DNA of 64,000 nucleotides from Escherichia coli (GTDB lineage Bacteria; Pseudomonadota; Gammaproteobacteria; Enterobacterales; Enterobacteriaceae): NCBI RefSeq assembly GCF_003334305.1, contig NZ_QOWS01000011.1; one strand, 5' to 3'. Shown piece by piece: positions 19,521 to 30,536 of this stretch (position 1 is its first letter; each line of letters starts with the position of its first letter). The notes under the pieces were generated by a model. It saw only the letters and a program-made list of their open reading frames with translations, ran no database searches and was not told where the DNA came from. The position numbers and the translations under genes were made by a program.

Positions 19521-22500
19521 CTATATCCGCCGCTGACGACGGCGAACAGGGCGAGGTCGTTTTGTTTTCTCCACCGTGGCGACGCCGGCCAGATAATCGG
19601 CCAGGGCAGCAGGAGAAGGGTGGGTGAAGAGGTCAAGCAACGTCAGGGTGGAAAATTCGTGACGTTGTAACAAAACGTGCAGTTGCACCAGATTCAGCGA
19701 CGTTGCGCCCGCCTCAAAGAAGTTTTCTGCGGGCGTGACAGACTCGCCAACCACCTCGCGGAAGGCGTCGCAAATCAGGCTGACGGTGCTCTCGTCCGCC
19801 GCAATGTGTGGCTGAGAGTGCTCAGGGCATACGCGCGGTGAGCGCTCTGCGCATTGCCCTGCGTGTTTAACGGGAGGCACCAGCGCGGCGAGCGGCAGTT
19901 GCCAGCCGCTTTCATCCTCGGCCATTCGGTTTAGCAATGCGCAATACTGTTCAAACTGGCGCTCCACCTGCCCGGCAGGAAACAGCGCGGCGACAAAATC
20001 CCAGTTAAAGCGCAGTTCGCCTTCGGATTCATAAATCTGGTGATCGAGCCAGACCTGCGGCGTCTGGGAGATGCCCCAGACCGGTTTGAGCAGATTACGC
20101 CGGGCGAGGAAGTTATCCTGCTCAAAGCCCAGTGCGCTGGTAAAGACGACGGGCATCGGAACGGCAGGCACGTTTTGCCGTTGCGCCAGTTGACGCATCA
20201 CGCGGATGGCTGACACATCGCGGTGGTTGAGGTTCTGGCTCAGCCGCTGCTGTAGTGACTGCGCGCTGTGCAGCCAGCTTTCGCCGGGATGCCAGCTCAG
20301 CAGCATCAGCGAGGTGAAATCGCCCAGAATCTGGTTGATTTGCGGGTGCAGCGGTCGCCTGTCGAAAAGCGTAAGGTTAAGCGTGAACTCAGGCTGTGCA
20401 CTCCATGCAGAGAGAACCGTTGACCACACCGACAACAGTACGGCCGACGGGGTGAGATGGGCGTCAGCCGCCCGTTTTTTCAGCCGATGCCAGCGCGTGC
20501 TGTCCAGTGCGCCGTTCAGGCGGGCGAAGCGCGGTGTTTCAACCTCCTGAGGCAAGCAGCGCAGCGGCAACGCAGGCGCCGGAGGAATATCATCAAGCTG
20601 CGCCTGCCACCATGCCAGAGAATCTGGATTGGGCGACTGTAGCGAGGGTTGTTGCAGATAATCCCTGAAGGTGACGGGCAGCGGCGGAAGCAGCTGTTGC
20701 GGGTAGCGGTAGCCGTGCTCCAGCTCCGCCAGCAGGATCTGCATGCTCAGACCGTCAAGCAACAGGTTATCCAGACACAGCCACAGGCGGGCAGGCATCC
20801 CGTCCACGTATCCGACCTGGAGATCGAATACCGGCCACACTTCGGGGTTGAGTACCTGATGCGCCAGTTTTTCGCGCACCCGCAACGCCTCTTCAGGCGT
20901 ATGGAGGGTGTGTGCGGGTATCACCCAAGGGGGCGTCTGTTCGAGCACCTGTTGCTGTCCATCACGCACGATGGCGCGCAGCATATCGTGGCGGGCGATT
21001 AATCGGTTCCAGACCGTCTCCAGCCGGGTGAGGTCCAGATCGGCAATTTCAAATTCAACAAAGAAATGTGAGCCGACGCCGCCCAGGGCAAAGCCCGGCT
21101 GACGCCCCACCAGGTAAGCCTGCTGCACGTCGGTAAGCGCAAAGGGCTGGTAGCGATCTTCAGGGGAGTGGACGAATGGTTGTTCGACCGGGACGTCGGT
21201 TTTCCGCAGCGTGGCGGCAAAATCCGCCAGCCGGGGATGATTAAACAGGTCGCTTAATTGCGCTTCATAACCTGCCTGATGAAGTTGCCCGGTCAGACGG
21301 GTCGCCAGCAGGCTATCGCCGCCTTGCTGGAAGAAGTCGGTTTCTCTGGTGACATTGCCAGTTGATAAGAGTTGCTGCCAGAGGGCGGCAACCTGTTTTT
21401 CAATGTCGCCCTGGGGTAAATCCGCTTCGGCCGGGTTTTCCGCTTCAGGGGTATGACGACGCTTCAGCGCCTGGTAGTCAATTTTCCCGTTAGCCGTCAG
21501 CGGTAAGGCGTCGAGGAATACGATCCGTTGCGGCACCATCCACCCCGGCAGACGCCCGGCGAGGGCGGCCTGAAGTTGACGGGGATCGCGGCGCACCTGC
21601 CTGTCAGGACATTGTACGAGGAAGCGTTGTAACCCCGCGACCTCATCGCCATGCTGACAGTTGAAGCCGGCCGCGCTAAATAATGCCGCCCAGTCGGCGC
21701 TGTTATGCAGCAAGGCCTCCGGCTGCCCATTGGTTAACAGGAGCGTGCTGAGTAGGGCGGACGGCGTTAACTGGCGAAACTCCATCACGTAGAGCAGCGC
21801 GCCGGGAACGGCAAGCTGTTGTAATGTCGCAAGGAGCCCGGGATCTTCCGGCAGCAGACGATGCAGGGCGTTATTAAGCCAGATAATGTCCGCCGAGTGA
21901 GCGTGCGTCGCCAGCGTGTCTGCATTCCAGAGGGACAGACGGGCGCCAGGCCAGGGGGCGAGCCTCTGCCGGGCGCTCAGCAGCATCTCCTGGCTCTGCT
22001 CAAGCCCGACATACTCAATCTGTCCGGCGTTGAGCTGTGCTAACAGCGATTCTGCGGCGCGGCCAGTGCGGGTTCCCACCTCAAGCAGGCGTACCGGGCG
22101 CTGTAAGCGCTGTGCAAGCTGTTGGCAAATTGTCGCCAGTTCCTGAATATACGGGGCGCTGGCCGGATGGTTAAAGGCCAGGCTTTCCGGCGACCACTGC
22201 GCGTCGTTCAGTAACGACAGTTCGTTACGGGCACCGCGAAGAATTTGCGATAACGTTAAATCATGTCCGCTGAAGTGCGGGTGCTCATCCTCGCGTTCTT
22301 CACCAGCGCAGACCTGATAACCTTCAGCAGCGGGCTTCAGTCGCCGTTGTGTCACCAGAAATGCTAACCAGCGTTCCACCACGGCCTGCCAGCGCGGCTG
22401 GATAGCGAGTGAGTTCATCAGGGGGAGAGGATCGGCGCCAGCGGTGTGACCCGGCTTCAGTTTTAGCAGGCGATGCTGAAGGAAATCGGCTACCTGTTCT

Positions 22501-25500
22501 GCGGAGATCTCTGGCGAGATGGCGCAACAGGGCAACGTTCCCGCAAGCGTGTGCCACGCCTGCGGCAGTGCCGGGTTCCGATGATCGGTAACGCAAAAAG
22601 CCTCGCCCTGAGGAACAACGTATGCCGCCAGCGTTTTTTCTTTTTCGCCGATCGCCAGAACGGTTGCTTGTTTCACCCCCGCCAGCTGGCTGAGCGCGCT
22701 TTCGATTTCGCCCAGCTCGATGCGATATCCTCCGACTTTGACCTGCTTGTCGCGACGACCGAGGAACTCGATTGTGCCATCTGGCCAGTAGCAGCCGAGA
22801 TCGCCGGTGCGATACCAGCGCTCGTCCGGGAGCGTCAAAAATTGCTGCTCGCTACGCAGGGGATCGTTGAAATAGCCTTCCGCGACCCCAATGCCGCCAA
22901 TCCATAATTCACCCGGCACCCAGTCAGGGCAGTCCCGGCCCTGTTCATCCACCACCCGGTAGCGTTGGTTGGTTAGCGGAAAACCGTAAGGGATGGAGCG
23001 CCAGTGGGCGGGGACGTCGTGAATTTCGCAGGCGTTAGACCAGATAGACGCCTCGGTGGCGCCGCCCATCGCGATAAATTGTCCTTGTGGCCGGAAGGCC
23101 CGATAACGGGCGGGGAGGTCAAGCCCGATCCAGTCGCCGGAAAGCATCACTGCGCGCAGGTTTTCCGGCGTGGCGTCGGCGAAACCTTCACACCAGGTCA
23201 GCAGCATATCGAACAGCGCCGGGACGCTGTTCCAGAGCGTGACCTGATGGCGCTGGATCAGCTCACACCATGCGTGAGGATCGCGCCGTTGATTTTCCAT
23301 CACCATCACCAGCGCGCCGCCCGCGCGCAGTACGCCAAAAATGTCGTAAACCGATAAATCAAAATGTAGGGCGGAGAGGGCCAGCACCCTGTCATGCGGG
23401 CCAACCTGATAGCGGGTATTGATATCGCAACAGGTGTTAAGCGCTCCCCGGTGAGAAATGACTACCCCTTTCGGCGTACCGGTAGAGCCGGAGGTGTAGA
23501 TAATGTAGGCCGGTTGCGTGGGGGCGCGTACTACCGGGTTGGCGATCGGCTCCGCCTCAATGGCCTGCTGCCAGGCAAGGACGGGAATATCGTCTGACCC
23601 GGCGCTGGCGTCGTGCTGACAAATGAGCACCAGCCGGACGCTGGCGTCAGCGTAGATTTTCTCGCGCCGTGCGGCAGGCTGATCCAGCGAAACCGGAACG
23701 TAAACCGCCCCGGCCAGCAGGACGGCCAGAACCGCAACAAGTTGTCCTGCGCCTTTCGACATCGTGATAGCCACATTATCGCCGGGCTGAACCCCGCACT
23801 CGATTAACCTGCCCGCGCAACGGCGGGCATAGTCTGTCAGCTCATGATAATTCCACTGATAACGCATGTCCGTTACCGCCAGCGCCTGCGGCTGTTGCAG
23901 AGCGATACGGAAAATGCCTTCATGCAGCAAGCCTTCGGGAATGGGGGCGCCGGTGGCGTTGACCCGTTCGCGTATCGCGCGCTGGCTGGCGGGCATCATA
24001 TCTGCGAACGGCTTTTGCCAGGCGCTTTCGTCATCGCAGAGTTGGTTAATCAACTGGCAGTAGGCGTCGAACAATGTTTCGACTAACGCCGGAGGGAACA
24101 GCGCGTCGTTGCTGTCCCATTGTAGCCAGACCTCGCCGTGATGCTCGAACGCCAGATGATCTATCCAGACCTGCGGCGTTTGCGAGATGCCCCATTCCGG
24201 CTCGCCCAACGGCGATTCTGCGCGGCTGCTGTAGAGGGAACGCCCCAGATTGCTGGTAAATACCACCGGGGCGCCGTGGGGGTAGCGCTGCTGGCGTTTG
24301 AGTTCACGGAGTAATTCGACGCCGGACCAGTGGCGATGCTCCCAGTCCTCCGTAAACGTGAGCTGGTTTTTACGCGCCAGGTTGCTGACGGTATCGCCAT
24401 CGCAGGCGGTATCCAGCAGAAGAATATTGGTGAAGTCGGCAAGCATCGCGCCAACCGCCGGGTGCAGCGGCTGGCGGTCGAATAAGGTGATGTTAAGCAG
24501 CAGACGCGTCAGGCCGCCCCAGCGAGCCAGCACGGCAGAAAAACAGGTCGCCAGTGCCATTGTCGGCGTCACGCCATACTCGCCGGCCCGGTTGCTAAAG
24601 GCGTGCCAGCGTGTTGCCGGGACAATCATGCGGCGTCGGGTATTACGGACTTCACGTAGCGTGGCGGGTTCGCAGGCCAGCGGCAAGACGGGCGCGGGGG
24701 GAAGCGTCGATGCTTTCGCCAGCCAGTAAGCGCGCGCGTCGTCTCTCAGTGGTTGATTGATCTTCTGCTGGTGCAGCAAATACGAGCGGAAATCATAGCG
24801 GGTGTCGATAGCCGGCAGCGATTCTCCGGCCAGCAGGGCGTTAAGCTCATCGAAGAAAAGCGTAAAGCTGGAGGCATCCATAATCAGCAGGTCAATATTG
24901 ACATGGAGGCGGTGGCGATTGTCCGGCAAGAGCGTCAGCTGAAAATCAAACGTTTCGCCGATTTCCACGCGTAAAAGACGGTGGCTCAGGCGCTGGCGCA
25001 GTGCGTCCAGATAGGCCTGGCGGCTTTCAGCGTCGTTATGGCGTAAATCATGAACGGTGACGCCGTTCCAGTAAGGTTGCGGTAGCCAGACCTGCTGCCC
25101 GTCGGGGCGAAAGGCGATATGCAGCATTGGGTGGCGTTGCAGCAAGGTCGTGATGGCCTGCTCCAGCTGCGACGCCGTCAGACAATGGCCTTCAAACTCC
25201 TGATACAGGTGGCAACCCACGCCGCCAAGCGTCTGCCCCGGCATGCGGCCCGTCAGGTAGGCGTGCTGTACTGGCGTCAATGGGAAGGGCGTACTTTCGG
25301 TCATGTTCGGCCAGGATGATTCGTCGGGCGGCGTTTCTTCTTCCGCGTTCTCCGGCGACCGGCTGAGCATTAACTGGTTCCATGCCGCCAGCGTGGGGGC
25401 GGCATACAGCTCGCGAAGGGTAAGGCGGTAGCCATTTTTACGAAACCAGTGTAACCATCTCATCAATCTTATGGAATCCAGGCCGGCCTGGATCAGGTTG

Positions 25501-25628
25501 CTCTCTTCATGTAACTGCTGCGGCGTTAAATTCAGTTCCTGTATGAGCCGCTCGCGTAATTGTTGGTAATCAGCCGCGTGGCGGTTGTCCGGTACCAGCG
25601 AATCCTGAGATGGTGCGCCAGAAATCAT
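19521..25628 (-). CDS. irp2: HMWP2 NRPS yersiniabactin synthetase
   Basis: 2035 aa from the second in-frame ATG (AGGAGG 4 nt upstream; the track ORF starts 6 codons earlier). Two cyclization motifs ([18 protein letters not shown]), adenylation motifs ([17 protein letters not shown]), carrier-protein GGDSL. Confidence 0.95.
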   Translation of the reverse strand: MISGAPSQDSLVPDNRHAADYQQLRERLIQELNLTPQQLHEESNLIQAGLDSIRLMRWLHWFRKNGYRLTLRELYAAPTLAAWNQLMLSRSPENAEEETPPDESSWPNMTESTPFPLTPVQHAYLTGRMPGQTLGGVGCHLYQEFEGHCLTASQLEQAITTLLQRHPMLHIAFRPDGQQVWLPQPYWNGVTVHDLRHNDAESRQAYLDALRQRLSHRLLRVEIGETFDFQLTLLPDNRHRLHVNIDLLIMDASSFTLFFDELNALLAGESLPAIDTRYDFRSYLLHQQKINQPLRDDARAYWLAKASTLPPAPVLPLACEPATLREVRNTRRRMIVPATRWHAFSNRAGEYGVTPTMALATCFSAVLARWGGLTRLLLNITLFDRQPLHPAVGAMLADFTNILLLDTACDGDTVSNLARKNQLTFTEDWEHRHWSGVELLRELKRQQRYPHGAPVVFTSNLGRSLYSSRAESPLGEPEWGISQTPQVWIDHLAFEHHGEVWLQWDSNDALFPPALVETLFDAYCQLINQLCDDESAWQKPFADMMPASQRAIRERVNATGAPIPEGLLHEGIFRIALQQPQALAVTDMRYQWNYHELTDYARRCAGRLIECGVQPGDNVAITMSKGAGQLVAVLAVLLAGAVYVPVSLDQPAARREKIYADASVRLVLICQHDASAGSDDIPVLAWQQAIEAEPIANPVVRAPTQPAYIIYTSGSTGTPKGVVISHRGALNTCCDINTRYQVGPHDRVLALSALHFDLSVYDIFGVLRAGGALVMVMENQRRDPHAWCELIQRHQVTLWNSVPALFDMLLTWCEGFADATPENLRAVMLSGDWIGLDLPARYRAFRPQGQFIAMGGATEASIWSNACEIHDVPAHWRSIPYGFPLTNQRYRVVDEQGRDCPDWVPGELWIGGIGVAEGYFNDPLRSEQQFLTLPDERWYRTGDLGCYWPDGTIEFLGRRDKQVKVGGYRIELGEIESALSQLAGVKQATVLAIGEKEKTLAAYVVPQGEAFCVTDHRNPALPQAWHTLAGTLPCCAISPEISAEQVADFLQHRLLKLKPGHTAGADPLPLMNSLAIQPRWQAVVERWLAFLVTQRRLKPAAEGYQVCAGEEREDEHPHFSGHDLTLSQILRGARNELSLLNDAQWSPESLAFNHPASAPYIQELATICQQLAQRLQRPVRLLEVGTRTGRAAESLLAQLNAGQIEYVGLEQSQEMLLSARQRLAPWPGARLSLWNADTLATHAHSADIIWLNNALHRLLPEDPGLLATLQQLAVPGALLYVMEFRQLTPSALLSTLLLTNGQPEALLHNSADWAALFSAAGFNCQHGDEVAGLQRFLVQCPDRQVRRDPRQLQAALAGRLPGWMVPQRIVFLDALPLTANGKIDYQALKRRHTPEAENPAEADLPQGDIEKQVAALWQQLLSTGNVTRETDFFQQGGDSLLATRLTGQLHQAGYEAQLSDLFNHPRLADFAATLRKTDVPVEQPFVHSPEDRYQPFALTDVQQAYLVGRQPGFALGGVGSHFFVEFEIADLDLTRLETVWNRLIARHDMLRAIVRDGQQQVLEQTPPWVIPAHTLHTPEEALRVREKLAHQVLNPEVWPVFDLQVGYVDGMPARLWLCLDNLLLDGLSMQILLAELEHGYRYPQQLLPPLPVTFRDYLQQPSLQSPNPDSLAWWQAQLDDIPPAPALPLRCLPQEVETPRFARLNGALDSTRWHRLKKRAADAHLTPSAVLLSVWSTVLSAWSAQPEFTLNLTLFDRRPLHPQINQILGDFTSLMLLSWHPGESWLHSAQSLQQRLSQNLNHRDVSAIRVMRQLAQRQNVPAVPMPVVFTSALGFEQDNFLARRNLLKPVWGISQTPQVWLDHQIYESEGELRFNWDFVAALFPAGQVERQFEQYCALLNRMAEDESGWQLPLAALVPPVKHAGQCAERSPRVCPEHSQPHIAADESTVSLICDAFREVVGESVTPAENFFEAGATSLNLVQLHVLLQRHEFSTLTLLDLFTHPSPAALADYLAGVATVEKTKRPRPVRRRQRRI

Positions 25629-25667
25629 TCTTCCTCCTGATGGCACGTCTTACCGAAAAGCATTACT

Positions 25668-25735
25668 AATATGAGAATAATAATTATTAACAATTGAATG
25701 CTACCCGAAACGGGTTTATTTATGCCCGTTTCGGG
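25668..25735 (-). promoter_or_regulatory. irp2 promoter region: Fur-box-like site plus YbtA repeat sequence
   Basis: Fur-like aatatgagaataataattattaacaatt, then cccgaaacggg(N10)cccgtttcggg (25704-25735). Confidence 0.6.
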
Positions 25736-25754
25736 TTGGTAACAGGCGGAAAGA

Positions 25755-25787
25755 ACAGAGGCCCGGATGAGGTATCCGGGCCTCTGT
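25755..25787 (-). terminator. Hairpin downstream of ybtA (candidate terminator/insulator before the irp2 promoter)
   Basis: 13-bp perfect stem acagaggcccgga/tccgggcctctgt with 7-nt loop, 31 nt after the ybtA stop. Confidence 0.5.
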
Positions 25788-25818
25788 CAGGGAGGAGTTT
25801 AGGGGGGCGCGACCCCGG

Positions 25819-26778
25819 TTACATCCCGCGTTTAAAGGTCGAAGGAGTTACGCCAAACTGTTTCTGGAAGGCGGCAGAGAAATGGCTGGCGTTGGCATAG
25901 CCCAGATCGGCCGCCACCGTCATGACGGAGGTATTGCCGTTGGCCAGGCGTCTTCTGGCTTCCTGCATTCGTTCAGCCTGAAACAGGCCATAGACGCTGT
26001 TGTTGAACAGAACGCGGAAGCCTCGCTTAATTTTGAGAACGCTCAGACCGGACTCTCTGGCCAGCTCCGCGACGCCCGGCGCTTGCGTCAGATCAGCCAG
26101 CAGCAGATCCTTCGCCCGCAGCAGTTTCTGGCGTTCCATCGGGTTGAAGTGGCAGGAGAGGCAACTGGCGTCTTCGCGATGTTCATCCAGCACCAGGCTG
26201 AGCATGACCAGACTTTGCCCCTGCAACCATAGCGTCGACGGCTTTTGTTCATGACTGAAGCCGCCGTGCATGCGCATCAGCGCGTGACGCAAGGCCTGAG
26301 CCGTTAAGTGGGTTTCAGCATTACAACGCTGCTGCTGGCAACAGCAGTGGGAGTCGATCTTATTCTTAATGACCGCGCTAATATCCGGCACCCACAGCGC
26401 GAGGGTTTCAGGGCTGAAGGAGAGGGTAATGCTCTCGAATCGGCCACAATAGGAGGCGCTGCCGCGACAGTCTGGCGTATGGGTAATGTAATGGCGATTG
26501 CGCGCAAGCTCCCAGTCGGTGTGGCGCCGGAGTCCCTGAATCGCAAAGCGCGATGTGCCTTCCAGGATGCACGAGAAGTTAATCCTGCCCAGATCGTCGT
26601 GTAGCTGCAACGTCTCTGGCCGCGCAAAATGGCCCCTCCAGAGCAAAATATCCATACCTTCCTGCAACGAACAGCGCAGCAGTTCACACTGAGCAGGAAT
26701 ATTGCCATCGTTTGCAGGTTTCCCGACCACCAACTGGTGAATAGAGATTTCAGATTGCGTTTGCGGTGACTCCGTCAT
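25819..26778 (-). CDS. ybtA: AraC-family transcriptional regulator of the ybt locus
   Basis: 319-aa ORF with C-terminal AraC-type HTH (...GYANASHFSAAFQKQFGVTPS...); divergent from ybtP. Confidence 0.95.
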   Translation of the reverse strand: MTESPQTQSEISIHQLVVGKPANDGNIPAQCELLRCSLQEGMDILLWRGHFARPETLQLHDDLGRINFSCILEGTSRFAIQGLRRHTDWELARNRHYITHTPDCRGSASYCGRFESITLSFSPETLALWVPDISAVIKNKIDSHCCCQQQRCNAETHLTAQALRHALMRMHGGFSHEQKPSTLWLQGQSLVMLSLVLDEHREDASCLSCHFNPMERQKLLRAKDLLLADLTQAPGVAELARESGLSVLKIKRGFRVLFNNSVYGLFQAERMQEARRRLANGNTSVMTVAADLGYANASHFSAAFQKQFGVTPSTFKRGM

Positions 26779-26805
26779 GACCTGGTTATCTCCCTGTGGC
26801 TTAGA

Positions 26806-26868
26806 CCAATGCGGGTATAAATAGAACCGAATGGGGTAGATGAGTTATTGATAATGGTTATTATTCAC
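26806..26868. promoter_or_regulatory. ybtA/ybtP divergent promoter region with Fur-box-like site and degenerate YbtA repeat
   Basis: ttattgataatggttattattcacat (Fur-like) and gcgggtataaatagaaccgaatgggg (partial match to the repeat seen at fyuA and irp2). Confidence 0.5.
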
Positions 26869-26944
26869 ATTAATTCTCAGAACGCCACCCTGAATTGTCG
26901 TTTTTGGCGTCCGTAAAAATTCATCAGGAAATTCAGTTACTCCC

Positions 26945-28747
26945 ATGTCATCTCAATCATCCAATACTGAATCGCTGTCCCGATTTCCTCTCTGGCAGGT
27001 GATTACACCGGTTCGCAGGAAGGTTATTTTAGCTATGGCGCTGGCGGGGCTGGCGGCATTAACCAGCCTGGGGGCGCTCCTTTTTCTGGCGTGGAGCCTG
27101 CGTGACATTCGCGCGACGCCTGACGCTATTCCGGCCTGGCCGCTGGGCGGCGTGATCGGCTGCGTGGTCTTAACTTTTGTTCTGCGCTTACAGGCGTTCA
27201 ACACCTCTCATTACGCGGCTTTTCATCTGGAGAACATTCTGCGCAGCAGGTTAGCCCGTAAAGCATTGCAGCTTCCGCCTGGCGTGTTACAGCAAATGGG
27301 CAGCGGGTCAGTGGCGAAAGTGATGCTGGATGACGTGAAGTCGTTACATATTTTTGTGGCCGACAGCACGCCGCTCTATGCCCGCGCGATCATCATGCCG
27401 CTGGCGACAATCGTTATCTTGTTCTGGCTGGACTGGCGGCTGGCAATCGCGACGCTGGGGGTACTGGCGTTTGGATCGGTTGTTCTCGTGCTCGCCCGCC
27501 AGCGTTCGGAAAATATGGCTCAGCGTTATCATAAGGCGCGCGAGCAGGTTAGCGCGGCGGTTATTGAGTTCGTGCAGGCCATGCCCGTGGTGAGAACGTT
27601 TGATAGCGGCAGCACCAGTTTTTTGCGCTATCAACGCGCCCTTGAAGAGTGGGTCGATGTGCTCAAAACCTGGTATCGCAAAGCCGGTTTTTCAGCGCGT
27701 TTTTCCTTCTCGATTCTGAATCCTCTCCCGACCCTGTTTGTCCTGATCTGGTCGGGATACGGCCTGTTGCACTATGGCAGTTTCGATTTTATCGCGTGGG
27801 TGGCCGTTTTACTGCTGGGCAGCGGAATGGCCGAAGCCGTAATGCCAATGATGATGCTCAATAACCTGGTCGCGCAAACGCGTTTAAGCATTCAGCGTAT
27901 TTATCAGGTTCTCGCGATGCCGGAGTTATCGCTGCCGCAGTCTGACCAGCAGCCGCAAGAGGCGAGCATTACCTTTGAGCAGGTGAGCTTTCATTATCCG
28001 CAAGCGCGTACTGGCGCCGCGTTGCAGGAGGTGAGCTTTCATGTGCCTGCCGGGCAAATTGTGGCGCTGGTCGGGCCAAGCGGCGCCGGAAAAAGCACCG
28101 TGGCGCGCTTGCTGCTGCGTTACGCCGACCCGGACAAAGGCCATATCCGTATTGGCGGCGTGGATCTGCGTGATATGCAGACGGACACCCTGATGAAGCA
28201 ACTCTCGTTTGTGTTTCAGGACAACTTCCTTTTTGCCGACACGATAGCCAATAACATTCGTCTGGGCGCGCCGGATACGCCGCTGGAGGCGGTTATAGCG
28301 GCGGCCAGAGTGGCGCAGGCCCATGATTTTATTAGCGCTCTGCCAGAAGGTTACAACACTCGAGTCGGGGAACGTGGGGTATTTCTCTCCGGCGGCCAGC
28401 GGCAGCGCATTACTATCGCCCGGGCGCTTTTGCAGGATCGCCCCATCCTGGTGCTCGATGAGGCGACGGCGTTTGCTGACCCGGAAAACGAAGCGGCGCT
28501 TATCAAGGCGCTCGCGGCGGCCATGCGTGGCCGGACGGTCATCATGGTCGCGCATCGTCTCTCAATGGTGACTCAGGCCGATGTGATATTGCTGTTTTCC
28601 GACGGACAACTCAGGGAAATGGGGAACCATACGCAACTGTTGGCGCAGGGCGGCCTGTATCAACGGCTCTGGCAACACTATCAGCAGGCGCAGCATTGGG
28701 TGCCGGGTGGAACACAGGAAGAGGTGGTGGAAAATGAAAGACAATAA
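26945..28747 (+). CDS. ybtP: ABC transporter, fused permease/ATPase
   Basis: 600 aa; N-terminal TM domain; Walker A GPSGAGKST, signature LSGGQRQR, Walker B ILVLDEAT. Confidence 0.95.
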   Translation: MSSQSSNTESLSRFPLWQVITPVRRKVILAMALAGLAALTSLGALLFLAWSLRDIRATPDAIPAWPLGGVIGCVVLTFVLRLQAFNTSHYAAFHLENILRSRLARKALQLPPGVLQQMGSGSVAKVMLDDVKSLHIFVADSTPLYARAIIMPLATIVILFWLDWRLAIATLGVLAFGSVVLVLARQRSENMAQRYHKAREQVSAAVIEFVQAMPVVRTFDSGSTSFLRYQRALEEWVDVLKTWYRKAGFSARFSFSILNPLPTLFVLIWSGYGLLHYGSFDFIAWVAVLLLGSGMAEAVMPMMMLNNLVAQTRLSIQRIYQVLAMPELSLPQSDQQPQEASITFEQVSFHYPQARTGAALQEVSFHVPAGQIVALVGPSGAGKSTVARLLLRYADPDKGHIRIGGVDLRDMQTDTLMKQLSFVFQDNFLFADTIANNIRLGAPDTPLEAVIAAARVAQAHDFISALPEGYNTRVGERGVFLSGGQRQRITIARALLQDRPILVLDEATAFADPENEAALIKALAAAMRGRTVIMVAHRLSMVTQADVILLFSDGQLREMGNHTQLLAQGGLYQRLWQHYQQAQHWVPGGTQEEVVENERQ

Positions 28748-30536
28748 TCCTGCGGATAACCTGGCCTGGCGCGTCATCTGGCGCCAGCTTATCTCCAGCG
28801 TTGGCAGTCAGGCCAGGATGCTGCGACGCAGTATGCTGGCGCTGTTGCTGGCGGCATTCATGCAGGGGATCGCCTTTGCCTGTCTTTATCCGATCATTGA
28901 TGCGCTGTTACGGGGAGACGCGCCGCAACTTCTTAACTGGGCTATGGCCTTCAGCGTCGCCGCAATTGTGACGCTGGTGCTACGCTGGTATGGCCTGGGC
29001 TTTGAATACCGTGGTCATCTGGCGCAGGCTACCCATGAGTTGCGCCTGCGACTTGGCGAGCAGTTACGCCGCGTGCCGCTGGAGAAGCTCCAGCGCGGCA
29101 GGGCGGGTGAAATGAACGCCTTGCTGCTGGGCAGCGTGGATGAAAACCTCAATTATGTTATTGCGATAGCCAATATTTTGCTGCTCACCATTGTCACGCC
29201 GCTGACGGCGTCGCTGGCGACATTGTGGATAGACTGGCGGCTGGGGCTGGTGATGTTGCTGATCTTCCCTCTGCTGGTGCCGTTTTATTACTGGCGCCGC
29301 CCGGCGATGCGGCGACAAATGCAGACGCTGGGGGAAGCGCACCAGCGTCTGAGCGGCGATATCGTTGAATTTGCTCAGGGGATGATGGTATTGCGCACCT
29401 GCGGCAGCGATGCCGATAAAAGCCGGGCGCTGCTGGCGCATTTCAATGCGCTGGAAAACTTACAGACCCGCACTCACCGTCAGGGCGCTGGCGCAACGAT
29501 GCTGATCGCCAGCGTCGTGGAGTTGGGCCTACAGGTGGTGGTGTTATCCGGGATCGTCTGGGTAGTGACGGGCACTCTGAACCTCGCCTTTTTGATTGCC
29601 GCCGTCGCGATGATTATGCGCTTCGCAGAACCGATGGCGATGTTTATCAGCTACACCTCGGTTGTGGAACTGATCGCCAGCGCCCTGCAACGGATTGAGC
29701 AGTTTATGGCGATAGCACCGCTTCCCGTCGCAGAGCAAAGCGAGATGCCGGAACGTTACGATATCCGCTTTGACAACGTCAGCTATCGCTACGAAGAAGG
29801 TGACGGCCACGCGCTTAATCATGTTTCTTTGACGTTCCCGGCAGCCAGTATGAGCGCGCTGGTGGGTGCCTCCGGCGCAGGCAAAACTACGGTCACCAAA
29901 CTGTTAATGCGCTATGCCGATCCGCAGCAAGGGCAGATTTCTATTGGCGGCGTCGATATTCGCCGCCTGACGCCGGAACAGCTCAATAGCCTGATTTCTG
30001 TTGTTTTCCAGGATGTCTGGCTGTTTGATGACACGCTGCTGGCGAATATCCGTATCGCGCGCCCACAGGCGACGCGGCAGGAGGTAGAAGAGGCCGCCCG
30101 CGCGGCGCAGTGCCTTGAGTTTATTTCCCGTCTTCCGCAAGGCTGGCTGACGCCAATGGGAGAGATGGGCGGCCAGCTATCGGGCGGCGAGCGCCAGCGG
30201 ATTTCCATTGCCAGAGCGTTATTGAAAAACGCGCCGGTCGTCATTCTCGATGAACCGACTGCCGCGCTGGATATTGAAAGCGAGCTGGCGGTGCAAAAAG
30301 CGATCGATAACCTGGTTCACAACCGGACGGTGATTATCATCGCTCACCGTTTATCCACCATCGCCGGGGCCGGAAACATTCTGGTGATGGAAGAGGGACA
30401 GGTGGTTGAGCAGGGTACTCATGCGCAATTGCTCTCACATCATGGACGTTATCAGGCGCTGTGGCAGGCGCAAATGGCCGCGCGCGTGTGGCGCGACGAC
30501 GGGGGTTCCGCGTCTGGAGAGTGGGTGCATGAGTGA
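28734..30536 (+). CDS. ybtQ: ABC transporter, fused permease/ATPase
   Basis: 600 aa from the ATG at 28734, which overlaps the ybtP stop; Walker A GASGAGKTT, signature LSGGERQR. Confidence 0.9.
   Translation: MKDNNPADNLAWRVIWRQLISSVGSQARMLRRSMLALLLAAFMQGIAFACLYPIIDALLRGDAPQLLNWAMAFSVAAIVTLVLRWYGLGFEYRGHLAQATHELRLRLGEQLRRVPLEKLQRGRAGEMNALLLGSVDENLNYVIAIANILLLTIVTPLTASLATLWIDWRLGLVMLLIFPLLVPFYYWRRPAMRRQMQTLGEAHQRLSGDIVEFAQGMMVLRTCGSDADKSRALLAHFNALENLQTRTHRQGAGATMLIASVVELGLQVVVLSGIVWVVTGTLNLAFLIAAVAMIMRFAEPMAMFISYTSVVELIASALQRIEQFMAIAPLPVAEQSEMPERYDIRFDNVSYRYEEGDGHALNHVSLTFPAASMSALVGASGAGKTTVTKLLMRYADPQQGQISIGGVDIRRLTPEQLNSLISVVFQDVWLFDDTLLANIRIARPQATRQEVEEAARAAQCLEFISRLPQGWLTPMGEMGGQLSGGERQRISIARALLKNAPVVILDEPTAALDIESELAVQKAIDNLVHNRTVIIIAHRLSTIAGAGNILVMEEGQVVEQGTHAQLLSHHGRYQALWQAQMAARVWRDDGGSASGEWVHE

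Noticed and set aside
10030-25319. Many plus-strand ORFs of 60-270 aa inside irp1 and irp2 (for example 12745..13128, 13104..13919, 17521..17976, 20649..21002)
   Set aside because: They lie antisense to long, GC-rich, clearly coding NRPS/PKS genes and are Arg/Ala/Gly-rich with no ribosome-binding sites; typical shadow ORFs.
9942-25646. Possibility that the large NRPS/PKS pair is a novel biosynthetic cluster
   Set aside because: Gene order, sizes, domain motifs and accessory genes match the ybt locus point for point, so novelty is not supported.
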